Source: Eutreptiella sp. 'Long Island Sound 2002' (lineage: Eukaryota > Protista > Euglenida). Taken from it: a stretch of DNA of 64,000 bases. The notes beneath the pieces are model-generated. The model was not told the DNA's origin. It saw only the letters and a program-made list of their open reading frames with translations, and made no database searches. The number at the start of each line of letters is the position of its first letter. The first letter of the stretch is position 1. The stretch lies in contig OZ038378.1 in NCBI GenBank assembly GCA_964036045.1, forward strand, positions 128,464,001 through 128,528,000. The letters run 5' to 3'. Below are positions 39,241 through 51,830 of the stretch, piece after piece. A program made the position numbers and the translations under genes.

Positions 39241-42200
39241 AGGGTCGCCACATGGGATTCAGCTCATGAGTAGTCCCCCATCATGTCCCTAAGGGTGTTG
39301 GTGTCAGTGTAATGGGATTTCCCACTTGTGGGGTCTGGGTGTGCTTTCGAGCGTTTGGGGAGCGGTTGGAGGGGGGGTTCCCACAAAGTGGGGTCCCATT
39401 CTTCCATGGGCCGCTTTCGCATAAAGAGGAGCGCTTGGTTGATGGGTCTTGAATAGCAATTGTAGACGAGTACCATGTCTTGGTATGCGTGGAGTGTGTT
39501 GTCTTTGATGCAAGCCAGCCGGTGCTGTTTTTGGTAGGTGTGTCATGTGTGTTGACAATGCTCGCATGTTGTGTGTGTGTGTGACCTTTTATTTGTTGGC
39601 AACGCCTCAGATGTGTGAAGCATATGCACAGCATGTGCACAGCGCAAGTACTCTGCAATGCTATATCAATCAGTGGTTTAGTTGTTTCATCGATTCACAT
39701 CAGGCCTGTTCTTGGTGCAACATTCACCCTGAGGCAAGTTGCTAGCATTTCAACATGAATGGAACAAACCATTTGTGCTTGTCCGCCTGGCTGCTGAGCT
39801 AGTGCCTTGAAACAACTGGTGTTACTGCCCCCTCCTCCTTGCAAACCTTCCGCCATTCAACTCTATCTGATCCCTTCTCCAGCCCTCTTGCGCTTGCTCT
39901 GATCAATACCTCCCCATTCCTGTCAGCCCTGCATGAGGAAAGGGGAGGGGCTTCTTTTTAGGAAAATTGGCTGCCTCCTCATCTAGGACCCTTCTCCCTT
40001 TGGGGTGTGCACATGCCAGCAGTGGGTGCAGATGTGAGTCCCATGCTGCTGGCGCTGAAGGGGCAAAAGTTTCTGTGTATTTCCCCTAATATTGGTCAAC
40101 TGGTGAGTTGTAGGGTGCCGCCTTGGCTGAGCCCCCCGTCCACCATCTGACCACCACACCCGCTTTGCTGAGTAGAGGCATCGTTCATGCGGTTATTTGA
40201 GGTGAGCAGGTTGCCTTCCCCCGGTTTCTCAATCGTTACGCTGTGCGACCTTTTGTCTGTTGTTTGGGCGCCCTTGTGCACAGAAACACTATATGAGCCA
40301 CCAGATTCAGTGCAAAGTGAATCAGCACTGCCAATCAGCAGGTCGAAAGCTTGTTGTTACAGGCAGGGGTGTAAGAGAATAATAGCACTTGGACTTCCTG
40401 CGCAGCAGTGCTGTAGTGACAACAATTACTTGTTTTGTGCGTGTGGTGGTTGAGTATTGTTCCCAGCTCTTTGCACTGTGTGGACACACATGGCCAAGCA
40501 TTCGGCCACTGTTCTTACACCTTTGTGCATACAACCACGCTTATCGCTTCAGGGGGGAGGGTCAGGGATCACCTGAAGCAATTGAAGAACCAAGTAAGAA
40601 AGAAGTACCGCAAACGTGCAAAGAGCAAAGAGATGTGGCAGAAGCGCCTTGAGGAAAGACTGGATCCATTTCATGTTCCGGTAGAGCCTCCTCCACAGTG
40701 CCTCCATGTGTCCAACACGCACGCAACAATTTGTTCAACAATCTGAACCAATGTTCTGTGCCATCGTACTGCATAGCGGGGGGCTATGACTTCGTCCAGG
40801 GACATGTTTGCCAGGCACAATTCCGCATTCCTTGGAATTCCCAAAGCACAGAATACCATGCGTATCAATGCGGGGTCCTACAGGTCCCTTCAACCACACC
40901 ATGGGTCAATTTTCGCCACATTTGTTAGCGCAGACATTTTTTTTTGACTACGAATTTCTCCGTTCCGAAACTATTTGGCCCCGTGATGTGTCAGAGCTAT
41001 GCTACATGCTTTGTTCTATTTCGTGTGGATGCATCTTTGGAGGTAGGAGTGTACAGCTTGGTTCATAGTAGTGGGTGGGATCAATCTAAATGTGGAAGTT
41101 GAATGCATTTTCAGCCCTACTGCCATTGTATCTTTTGCTGGTTGTCAGACAGGAACGAACAGCAAACAAGCACATGAAAGGCCACAGGAATCAGAGAAAA
41201 ACGATCTTTGAGAATACTTTTGTCGAAATGCTGGTGCAGAGTCCTGCAAGGCCATGTTAACAAGCAGCATTGGGAATTCCAAGTTCATCACAATTTCCAG
41301 AATCTACACTAGGGGTGTTCTTTACTGGACTGGGGAGTTTTGCGGTTGGAAGGGCAGTTAGATTCACAGCCTTGCACCAGGGCTTGGGTGCAGCGAAAAG
41401 TCTGCCAAGCGATTCCTTTATTTTGGTTGCGGACAAAATTTATTCTGTCTTGAAGACATGATCTTTTGTGGTGCTCCCGGAATTCAGGCAGCCTGTCAGC
41501 CTTTTGCCTTTCCTTCAAAGAGCCATTCACCCAGTGCATGTGCAGTACAAGTGCTTGGTAGTTTCCATCTACCACACTGGACGGTGTGGGCTCAAAGATT
41601 GCTGAATTGTGTTGTTCTTGCACATGCAAACATAATTTGTTTGCATGGGGTTTGTGGAATGGGTTTTTGATTGTTTGCCAAGATGTGGAACCCTGTGGAA
41701 GGGAATACCAAGTAGCTTTATTTTCAAGTTAGTTGTGGAAGTTGGATGCTCATGCTTCCCTATACCAATCTTGATAAGGCAATGTGAGCTCTGTTGTTTC
41801 AATTGTTGACCAAGCCTTCTTTCCGCTTTCTCATACCAAGTGTCCACAGTCCACAGTATTATACATTTGTAGTGTATGCGCAGTGCAATGATATAGGTGC
41901 AAAAGCCCACTGGAAATGCCCACTGACAGCGGACACTTTGGCTCTCTCTCTTTGGACCGCAATACAGAGGGGGTATGTGGCCATTTGAGTCCTCCCGCTT
42001 TGTCGTCGATGCAGCAAGGCTGGTCTGAAGACCTGATATGGCAAGGGTTCCATCACCGGTGTTCACCTCTCCGCTTATATATGCAATTTACCTGAATTCT
42101 CCTCTCTTTCCAATGTCCCTTCACTTCCAAAAGTTCACTGCCAGAAGTTCCAGTGGACATTTCTTCAGAGAATGCCAAACGCCTAGCATGTCAACGGGTT

Positions 42201-42578
42201 TTTAATTCTGTTATAGGGGGGGATGGGGTAGGCGAAAGCCCCCCCCCCCCTTTCCGCCACGTCTCTGCTGGCTGGCCTCTTCATGCCCTCCGATAGGCCA
42301 AGAAGCTGCAATACCAAGCTGAAGCGAAGAAGAAGGCCCTGGCGAAAGCAGATCGCAAAGCCCACAGAGACTCAGTGGCTGCTGCAAAGGAAAAAAAAAG
42401 GACAAGGGGGCAGACTCGAGGCGATGACAGGTATGGGCACAGATGCATTTGCGCTTTTGAACGTCGGCAAATTTATCTTGCACCCCACACACCATGGCAT
42501 GCTTCTCAAGATGCATAATCGTAGCAGAATCCCAAGTCCTCAGCAATGTCCAAGGAGTTACCCCTGATCACATTGTCC

Positions 42579-42756
42579 ATGCCACTGCACATGTCACTGC
42601 ACATGCTGGTGCACATGCCGGTGCACAAGGGCCTGCACAAGTCCCTGTGCCACTGCCCTGCCGCTGCACATGCTGTTGCACATACGACTGCACATACTAC
42701 TGCGTATGCCACTGCACATGCCACTGCGCGCACCACCGTAGATGCCACTGCACATG
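42579..42756. repeat. 12-bp minisatellite (GCCACTGCACAT-like), ~15 units
   Basis: Direct reading, e.g. gccactgcacat gtcactgcacat gctggtgcacat. Confidence 0.85.
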
Positions 42757-44014
42757 CCAGAAGGCGCACTGGTGTCCTTTGATGGCACAATGGTGTTGAC
42801 TTCGTAGAAACATCATCAGCTGCGGTTTGATTGTTGGTCTCCAGCTGCTGCTCTGCGAGGTTAGGGGGCTTCCGCAGCTTCGCTTAGCTCTGCCTAGCAC
42901 CGTTTATTGGACTGATTTTGATGTTTGAGCAACAATTTTTGGACTGCCTCTCATGTTCTGGTGACGTGACACTGGTGTAAATACCCTGAGGGTTGTAGAT
43001 GGAGTGACAGATTGCCTGCTTGCTGTGCCGTTGTGATTCTTCGCTACTGTGGCAGCATGAAACTTCTTTCTGTTGCTTATTGCCCACATTTGGTGTCGGC
43101 ATGGCTTTTGCGCACCCCCGTGTGACTCCATTTCCATCTCCCTTGATTTCGTTCTGGCTGTCTCCCTCAGTGTGTTGATTGCCAGCACCATATGTGTGCA
43201 CCCTCCCCCCTCTCTCTTTTGCACAACCAACGTCTGTGGGCCTCAGGGGGTGCGACAATGTCTTCCACCTCATCCTCATGCAATAGTCACGCTGCCCTTG
43301 CCAATGGGCTTCACTTAGACTGCCATGTAGCGGAAGACTGTGGGGACAGCATGCTGCATTTGCGTTCGTCCGCACACCGTTGGTGATGCCCTGTGTAGAG
43401 GCACCGTCTCTTCTCAGACTGCCTCTATATATTTCGTATTATTCATGGGTCGTAGCAAGGCACCACCAATGGCCCAGCTCCCTCACTCTTCTAGATCCAA
43501 TGCGCTCTCATCTAGTACCAACGTATGTGCATGGTAGTACATGGGCGCCCTTGGGCCCTTGTCTCTCTTTTGGGCTGAGTTTCCTTTTTGTTTTGTTGTG
43601 ATGTATGTGGAGGGAAGCTGCTGGTTCTACATGGCCCCCAAATAGTGGTTGAGCTTCAAGGGGTAGTGCATCTTTAGTGCATGTACAACCGTTAGTGGAT
43701 GGTGTATAAGGTGCACTCCCCTTATACCACTACAACCTTGGGGAACCCTGCGGGTTCGCATCCCACGATTGTTGTGCACCTTTATGACACCCCTGTTTTT
43801 TCTGCCGCACAATGCCCATTTCATGACACACAATGTCCAATTCTGGGTCTCTTTTTCTTCCCGCACTCTCGCCCTTTTGTGGATGTAATATAGTGCCGGT
43901 ACATACTCAGATGATGTTGCTGTGTGGTCACCCATTATGTAATACGACCTACACTGCCTAGTCTGTGTTTCACGGGCTATCGCATAATGAGTCATGTTGA
44001 GGTTGGCGGGCGAG

Positions 44015-44330
44015 TCGCCCCCGGGTCGTGGTGGTTTGGGTGGTGGTGGTGTTGGTCGGATGTACCGCATAGAGCATGCTGCAGGGATGAAGTTTGGGGA
44101 AAGGCCGCCCCCAGGTTGTGGTTGTTTGGGTGTTGGTGGTGGTGGGATGTACCGTATGGAGCATGCCGCGGGGATGAAGTCTAGGGAAAGGCTGTCCCCG
44201 GGTTATGGTCGTTTGGGTGGTGTTTGTTGTTAGATGTGATGTGTGGGACATGGGGTGGGGTAGAAGTCGGTAGGAGGGTTGCTCCCTGGACACGCCGGGT
44301 TGGGTGTTGGTGGTGGTGGGGTGTGTGGCC
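44015..44330 (+). repeat. Three to four degenerate 87-90-bp G-rich tandem units
   Basis: cccc.ggt.gtgg at 44018, 44108, 44196; ggatgtaccg.at.gagcatgc.gc.gggatgaagt is repeated. Confidence 0.7.
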
Positions 44331-45656
44331 TATGGGGTGTGTGTGATGCACCCCCAAAACCAAACCCTCCATTGGATAACTGGACCTGTGGCGGCTCCTT
44401 TGGCGAGATTTTGCACAAGATAGCCCACATAGCGGAGACAAACCATCCCCCAGGCGACATTTAACTCACGACGCATGAGGCAGATGATATAGCAGCCTCT
44501 AGGGTGCACACCTATGATGCTACCGTGAGAGATCTTTGCGGCGCCTTTTGCTACGGAGATGCGACTGGCTTCATTCAACATGTGGGCACCGGAGCTTGCT
44601 TATGTAGGGCTCTTTGCTTCAGGATTTGTGGTGCCAATCACCCTCCTCCAAAATAAGCGCTTGTGCACTATAGCCCTAATGCAACCCCACTTCGACGGCT
44701 CCTTCTTGGCCATATGTGGTGCCAACCTTCTGAGACAGGAATAAGGATGTGGGCCGCACTCATGTGCCACTACCTCCAATGTGGAGTCAATACAAGCGGG
44801 CCTAAAGGACAACGATGAGCCTCGGATTTTGGCCCTACCATCCCATGCACCCTGTGCGCCAGTAGTAGCCTCTGAGCTTGGCGGCATATTTCTTTCCCAC
44901 AGCCCGGTCGCCAGTTACCCCCGGTCGGCCTCCAAATTTGCCAAGGTGTCAACATTCCGCCGTCAAAACGGCATGCGTACAATTGGCAGTAGTCCGCTAT
45001 TGGGTTGGAGTATGTCGCCCTCTTGCTTTTGCATGGATCTGAATGATTATGCGGAGTTTTGATGAAATTGTAGTTACGCCCTTTACATTGTGGTTCCTTG
45101 GTTTTGATTCACCATGCATGATGTTCATGACCCGCTGCATCTTTGTGTCATACGATTTGGTGCTCGAACGGTTTTCCTATTCACCGGAGTGTGAGACAGT
45201 GGGGCTCTCCGCTTTGGACCCAGCTTGGTCGTTAACTATCGGACAGGGGCCTCCTCGCCTGCCGCACGAATGCCGCCCGTCTTCATTGCATTGTGCAACG
45301 GAGCTGCCCCACACTATCTGGAGACGTCCGTGGTGCGAGACGCCATTTTGAAGTTGGAGGTCATCAACTTTATGTTGGCATGTAAATTTGGCCCCGGCGG
45401 GTTGTGCTGTCGCTTTTGGTTTTCTTTTTTGTACAGCTTGTTAGAGCTCTCAGTGGTTGTTGATGTCCCATCTTGCGTTGGAGTATTTTCCTGTGATTCT
45501 TGTATCTGAGGAGGAGATTTAACCGAGGAAGGGAAGAGAAGTTTGGCCCTTGGTGACTCACGCTGCTTCTTAGTCGTACATACTAGTAGCTGTACATGAT
45601 AGTTGTTTTAATGGGCTGATGGACTTAACTGATCAATTGGATGGCGGCCATGGTCA

Positions 45657-45675
45657 TCTCTCTTTCTCCCTCTCC

Positions 45676-45730
<55 letters not shown>

Positions 45731-45731
45731 C
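45657..45731. repeat. (CT)n microsatellite marking the start of the duplicated unit (counterpart at 56955-56979)
   Basis: Direct reading. Sequence upstream of the two tracts is unrelated; sequence downstream is homologous. Confidence 0.9.
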
Positions 45732-46430
45732 CTCTGTCTCGCATGGATGGGCCCTTTGTCTCTTTGACCATCTTTGAGCCCATCTCACAAATTACCTTTC
45801 CCGTCACCTCCATGAAGCACTTGCCGATGAGGGCAATGCCCCCCCCGGTTTCGTAACAAATATGGATGGTGATGCAGAGTCTCTAGGCTAAATGGAAGAA
45901 GACTATCAGCTCCTCACACGGAAGTACGAGATGCCGGAAGTGGACTTGTAGCATGCACACTAGGAAGACATGCACCTTCAAATAGGGGGAGATTTTTTTC
46001 CGGGGGGGGGTGTGGGTGATGGGCTCAAGCCCCGTGCTAGCTTGTCACCGGCAAAGAGTGCCCACACCTTGTGTCTCCACCACACAGATTGTGAAACCGA
46101 ACACCGACCAAGTAAGGCACGTTCGACCTGGGCGTGGGGCGAATTTTGCCAGCCCCAATTCCCAAAGCTACGTACTCGCAGAGCCGTGGATACCCCGTCA
46201 GCAAACTCAAATGGGGGATGAAACCCATCAGGCCCCCGCCCACGAGGAGGTTGCACGGCATGCTAGTGTCTCCCCATCGCCATCATCCTCCAAGGGTGTG
46301 CAGCCATGAAGGTGAACAATTACGAGTCTACATAGTGCTACCCATGATACATGCCACAAACCTCAATTTGGTTTAGGCCAGAACGACATCGTTTGGCCCT
46401 TCTAGCCTGCACTAGAGCCATACCACCCTA

Positions 46431-47893
46431 GGTACACGCTAGAAGACCAAGTTCCGTTATAGCGTACATGGCGCTAGAAGGCTAGAACTAAAAAAGGTGG
46501 TGGTTACCCCGAGCCATGGGCATAGGGGGTCAGGGGTATGAAGGGTGCAACTCGGACCCTTGGTACCGTACTAGGGGGTCCATACCTTATTTTTCAGAAC
46601 AACACATTCTTGACCTAAAATTCAACGACAAAAAGAACCGTTCTAGCCACACTCTAGCGTTGGTCTAGCGAGCGCGGCTACAAGGTCGCTCCATCTTCTA
46701 GCCTAGAACAAACCTAGAACAAAAACATCCACGCATGTTAGAAAAGTGGGGCTAGGGGGGGGGATTATATACATACACATATAACTCTCAACACAGGTCA
46801 CGCATGCATAGGCATATGTGGTCCCACACACACGCACACACACACACACACAGTTTGGCATAGGCATATGCACAACAAGACACAGAACATAATATGTCAA
46901 GGGTCGGGAGGGGGGGTTTGGGGCGGAACACAAACACTGCACAAACACCCCTTGCGTTGTGAGCTATAACCCCCCCCCCCCCAACTCCATGTTGCGATGT
47001 GCGTGCTGGGGCTAAGCTGCTTGTTGGGCCCAAGGTGAGGGAGGGTATCTGTTTCCTTTTTGCACGTGTGGCTTTTGTGCATTTGAAAAGTGGCTGCGCC
47101 GTGGACACATTGACAAACCGCCAGTTTGGTATGTTGCTCCTTCCCTCCTCCCAACTGTGTGTGCTAGTGGTGTTTGTTGCACAGCCTCCCCGTCCCGAGC
47201 TGTGTTGTGTGGGGTTGTGGGGTTCGAGGCTGTGGTGTGCTTTGTCACCCCCTCCTCCCAAGTTATGGAACTCCCCCACAGTCCCAAGGGGAGGGGGGGT
47301 GTCAAGGGAGGAGGGATGGTGGGGAGGGTTCACCTGTACAACACCACAAACACACACAAGTGGGAGGACGGAAGGAGACACCAACCTGTCCATGCGTGTC
47401 CACGGCGCAGCCACTCTTCAAATGCACCTCCAAAATAAAGCCACACGTGCAAAAAGGAAAGAGATACCCTCCCTAAACTTAGGCCCAGCAGGCAAGTTAG
47501 CCCTAGCACCCACACCGTAGAATGCGAAGGGGGTGGGGGTGATAGCCCAACCCTCAGGGGGTGTTTGTGCGGTGTTTGTGTGTGACCACTTACCCCCTTC
47601 CCCACCCTCGACATATTGTGCTATGTGTTGTGGTGTGCATATGCCTATGCAAAACTGTGTGTGTGCGAGGGGGGGGGGGGCACATATGCGTATGCATGCA
47701 TCAAGTGTGTCAGTTGCTATGAGTGTATGTGCCATGCACCCCCCAAGCCACTGTGTTAACTTATTTTTTGTGTTCTACCTATTCTACCAGTTCAAGCTAG
47801 AAGGATTTGGGTTCTAGACTGGACTTTTCTAGACTAGAACGTTGAGGCTAGAAGTTCGAGGCTAGAACGAAATTGGGTTCTCTAGTGTGTACC
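46431..47893. mobile_element. Foldback (near-total palindrome) non-autonomous element, copy 1
   Basis: Termini ggtacacgctagaagaccaagttccgtt versus the reverse complement of the right end, ggtacacactagagaacccaatttcgtt. Inner arms pair (46780-46960 with 47560-47745; 47025-47175 with 47340-47500). TAGAA/TTCTA clusters lie at both ends. Confidence 0.8.
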
Positions 47894-48129
47894 AAGCAAG
47901 AAAAGCGGAACCAAGAGGTGCCATTCTGTTGGTTTCCCCAGCGCGCATGCTTGCTATTGCCTATATGGTAGTTGTTGCATGACCCATGTGTGACGCCTAT
48001 ATTTTCGATACTCGATGGGGGTTGTCCCCTCAGTCACAAAAACAGGTGGTCTGTGGAGCGCCGAGTGTGCAACCTTGACCTCCAGGGCCTCCCGTGCGGG
48101 ACAAGCCAAAGCCCGAAAACAACCATGCA

Positions 48130-49800
48130 CGAGGACATGAATGTGAAATTACACAAAAACCCACCCCAAGCATTGCTCCAGTACTGCACTCTCCCTGTTC
48201 ACCGCCGATTGTTGCCGCAAGCTGCCCACTGCCAGCCCGTGATCCACAAACGACCCACCACCTCATGCACTATGCTCGTTGTGTGCCTGTTTCTCAAACC
48301 GATTGAGTGTTTCCTGCACCTCCCCCGAGAACATTGCTAACCCCCATGGACGAATACCCTGCAACACCCAGTCACAATCCCATTCCAAAAAAGCCATGTA
48401 GTTGGACGCTGTTCCGGGGCAAAATTGCACGCGATACTCTTTGGCAACGTCGTGACACACAAGGTTCCCCTCTTGAGTTGTGCTATACAAATCCCGCAAC
48501 AGCAACCCCATGGCCACGACCGCCCCAGACTTCCGAGCTTAGTGGGGATGCGGAGCCGGCGCCCTAGCGCGGGCCACGCATCGAACAAAGCCCTCCACTC
48601 CTCCCCGTCCGGACTCCGAGAGTGCAAGATGGAGCATCCTGTTTTATGGTCCGCAAAGTCGCCCTCTAGGTGGATGTTCTCCGCAGCGGATAATCCCTTT
48701 GGCTGCTTCCTAATGAATTCCTGATGCAGGCGACCGATCGCCATGGTGCAATGCAAAATGCATGGGATCACCCAACGCCGGGGCATCACAAGGAGCGGGG
48801 TCACACTACAACCCGCACACTGCAATGACTTGCCACCAACCAAGAAGCATGTGTGGTCTGCCTGATCCCGGTCTGGTGCACCTCCAAACCACTCTACGTC
48901 CTGTAGGAGGTCCCACATGTTCGCGACAGCCCTGTGCTTGGCCGACCCTGGCCTAATTTCAACGCACATAGCAATATCCGGCCACAGCTCTTACAAATTG
49001 GCTTTTGCTTGCCCATCTAGGGACCCCACCCTGTATGCACTACACCCCGCCCTCCTAACGGAAGGGAAGACCTCTAGGTCCTCACGGACCAAAGGGGAAA
49101 TACCCCTAACCTCCCGGTCCACAAATTCCCCGAGCCAGCGGCCAGTTGCCATGGTCAAGTGCAAAATGCACAAGACAGCGGAGGCACATGGCAGGTGCAA
49201 GATAGGTTGCATATTGCATGCGGCAGCTGGGAAGGAAGGCGTCCCAAGAAGGAAGGCCCTGTAATGAGCCGCATCGCCCTGCCTGGTCTGGGGGGTATCC
49301 ATGCCCTTCAAAAGCCTCTTTTGCGAGTTCCATATCCCTTCATTGATCCCGGAGCCCACTTGAGCGCATGCAGAAACCCCTATCACCCTCCTTGTCCATG
49401 AATGGTCACCCCGGAGGATCACCTTCGCCTCCGCCTGGGGGGCGAGCATGGGACTACGTCGGTGCCAGTGATGTCTTGAATCACCTAAACAATTGACATT
49501 GGGGTCGGCTAGTTTGGTTCTAGTCTACGCCACATGTCTTGGAGCGAACTAGAGCAGGTGATCAACACTAGGTGAAATGAGGACCTTCCAATGCTCATTC
49601 CACAAAGTCCCAAAGGTGTTCATGGCGTTGTTTCCACGGTTCCCCAATTTCAACACCTAGAGGCCCGCGGGGAAGCGGGCCAAATTGGCCAAAGAGATGG
49701 TTGGTTTGGTCCAATTGGCCGTGGCAAATTGGCAGGCATTCCCCCGGATGATGAACGCGAACAGAACTGACCGAGCAATTGACCTCACCAAACCCAACCA
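48130..49800 (-). pseudogene. Transib/Chapaev (RAG1-like) DDE transposase relic, copy 1
   Basis: FAFIIRG[N]AC (inferred D1, AAT at 49738-49740), VILRGDHSW..VIG (D2 at 49405-49407), CILH.TMA.GR (twice), and SNYMAFLEW...GLAMFSGEVQETLNR..K (E at 48311-48313; cf. RAG1 NY.H...H...G...SEGNESGNK). Several stops and a frameshift. Confidence 0.7.
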
Positions 49801-50610
49801 GGGGAAGATGTACTAGACCCATGAGGCGAAGGGGCATGAGATCCCCGTGAACCTTGGGCAACACGGTGGCTAAATGGTCACCCAATTCAATGGGGCCGAT
49901 GAACTCCTTCCACCAAGCTTGGAATCCCCACTTGGTGCAAACGGGCCGGGGGCAGTGGCCAGCCAGCCTGGTGCGGTGGTACTCTCACTTGCGGCGCGTA
50001 CAAACCTGGTTCGGTTTCGTTAAAATGTAATTACAACAGTGTAGTAGAACTTGATTAGAACAAACCTGTAGGATGGCCTGCCACGCTTCTTGGCTGATTC
50101 ATTCGAATCAAACTTCCTATCACCACCCGTTTTGCACCATCCTCAACCACTGAGGACCCCTCCTCATTGTCCATGGCACTATGGGACTTGAGTGGGGCTA
50201 CAAGCCTCAAGGATGACGAGGTAGGCCACTACTTAGCCACATGAGCACTATCTTGCCCCTTAGCACTGCGACACTTCAACCATGACGTCAAACACATCAA
50301 CGTCGCCCGTTGCACCCACACTACATTTGACACATGCAAGGCCGCTGTTGAGGCATAGGCCACCTCCTTACTAGCCCTCACGGCCCTGTGTGACCTAGTG
50401 CTCAACTTGCATGCCCCTAGTTCTTCGCGGAAAACCCGCCGAGCGTGCATTTCGATAGAACACCGTTAGACCATTATGTTAGAAGGCCGTTACAGCAGTT
50501 GCCATTTCGTGTAGGCCTCCAAGCACGCAGCCCTAGCGGCTGTGCACCAGCTCCGGCCGGCCCCCCCACAGGACCAGCCATTGCAGCCGCCGCCCACCGA
50601 GGTGCAGTAG

Positions 50611-51336
50611 GTGCCCCCCCTAGCCCTGCCTCAAGCTCCTCCACCAGAAAGCTCTCCCCCGCAAGTTCATCAACCGCCACTTCGCCTCCAAAGCGAAGAA
50701 AGCTGGTGGTTGTGCCCGAGCCGCCCCCTTCCAATGTGGAGCAATTGTGCCGCCACCGCCATCCCCCGGCCCAAAATAAAGAAGACTATCCCCCCGACCA
50801 CAACCCCCCATCCCAAACCCAGCCCCCCTGCCAAGCCGGCTCTCATTCCCCCAAGCCGCACAGACCCCTATGGCGAAATCCCCCGTGGAGGGGACACTAG
50901 GTGGATGCTAGGGGGGGGGGCGGATGAGGAGTGGAGTGTGAGTGAGGGGGTGGTTGTGGAGACGTGGAATGATGGGTTGGGTGAGGGCGAGTGCTACATG
51001 GAGGTAGAGGAGTGGCTGAAGAAGGGGAAGGGTAAGAAGAAGAAGAGCAAGGCCATGTATGCAAGTTCATCGGCCTTGTTCTTCAAGGACAAGGAAGAGG
51101 CGGAGGCTTACCTTCGTTCGCGTTGGGGAACGGGGAGGACAGTGACAACAGGGATGACGGAGACGACGGGGACAACGGCGATGAGGGACGGGATGGGGAT
51201 AGGGACAAAGGTGGGGATGGGGGAGAGCCCCCTGCCCCGAGCCTGCCGACTCCGGACATGGGGTTGCACAGCGGCGCACCAGCAGCAGGGCACGGGCAGG
51301 GTCCAGGGCAGGGGCAGGGTCAAGGGCAAGGACTAG
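50611..51336 (+). CDS. Low-complexity Pro-rich/acidic/Lys-rich ORF fragment of unknown function
   Basis: 241-aa ORF with one protein-like stretch (EEWSVSEGVVVETWND...EEWLKKGKGKKKKSKAMYASSSALFFKDKEEAEAYLRSRW). Deleted in copy 2. Confidence 0.25.
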   Translation: MPPLALPQAPPPESSPPQVHQPPLRLQSEESWWLCPSRPLPMWSNCAATAIPRPKIKKTIPPTTTPHPKPSPPAKPALIPPSRTDPYGEIPRGGDTRWMLGGGADEEWSVSEGVVVETWNDGLGEGECYMEVEEWLKKGKGKKKKSKAMYASSSALFFKDKEEAEAYLRSRWGTGRTVTTGMTETTGTTAMRDGMGIGTKVGMGESPLPRACRLRTWGCTAAHQQQGTGRVQGRGRVKGKD

Positions 51337-51830
51337 GGCAGGGGCAGGGGCCAGGGCAGGGGCAGGAGCAAGGGACTGGGGGCACCCTCAGGGCGCCCGT
51401 TGGGCCCCCCAGTACGCAGGACTTTCCGTGAACAAGTGGCAGCTCATGTGACTGCATTGACAAAAATACTAGATGTTTTGTGCTCTGTGCCTTCGCCAAA
51501 TATGTTCAATCATGCTCTAATGAAACTGTTGTATTGAGGTTCTAACGGCGTCGCTCCAGAAAGCACTAGAACACAATTAGAACAAAAAGACGTTTCTACC
51601 GAAAAAGTGAGAAAGTTTGATTTTTGCGAACAAAGTGTTGCGGGACGTCGTAGCAACTATTTTTGGCCCTCAACCCCCCCCCCAAAAAAAAAGGGCGGGG
51701 GGACACCCCCAGGGGTACACACGCGGACAATCGGAGTGTTCTAACTGTTCTACTTAGAATGTTAGAACAAAACCGTTAGACTACCGTTGGGTTTCTAGCA
51801 CGTTTCGAGGGGTACGGGCATCTTCGTGGT

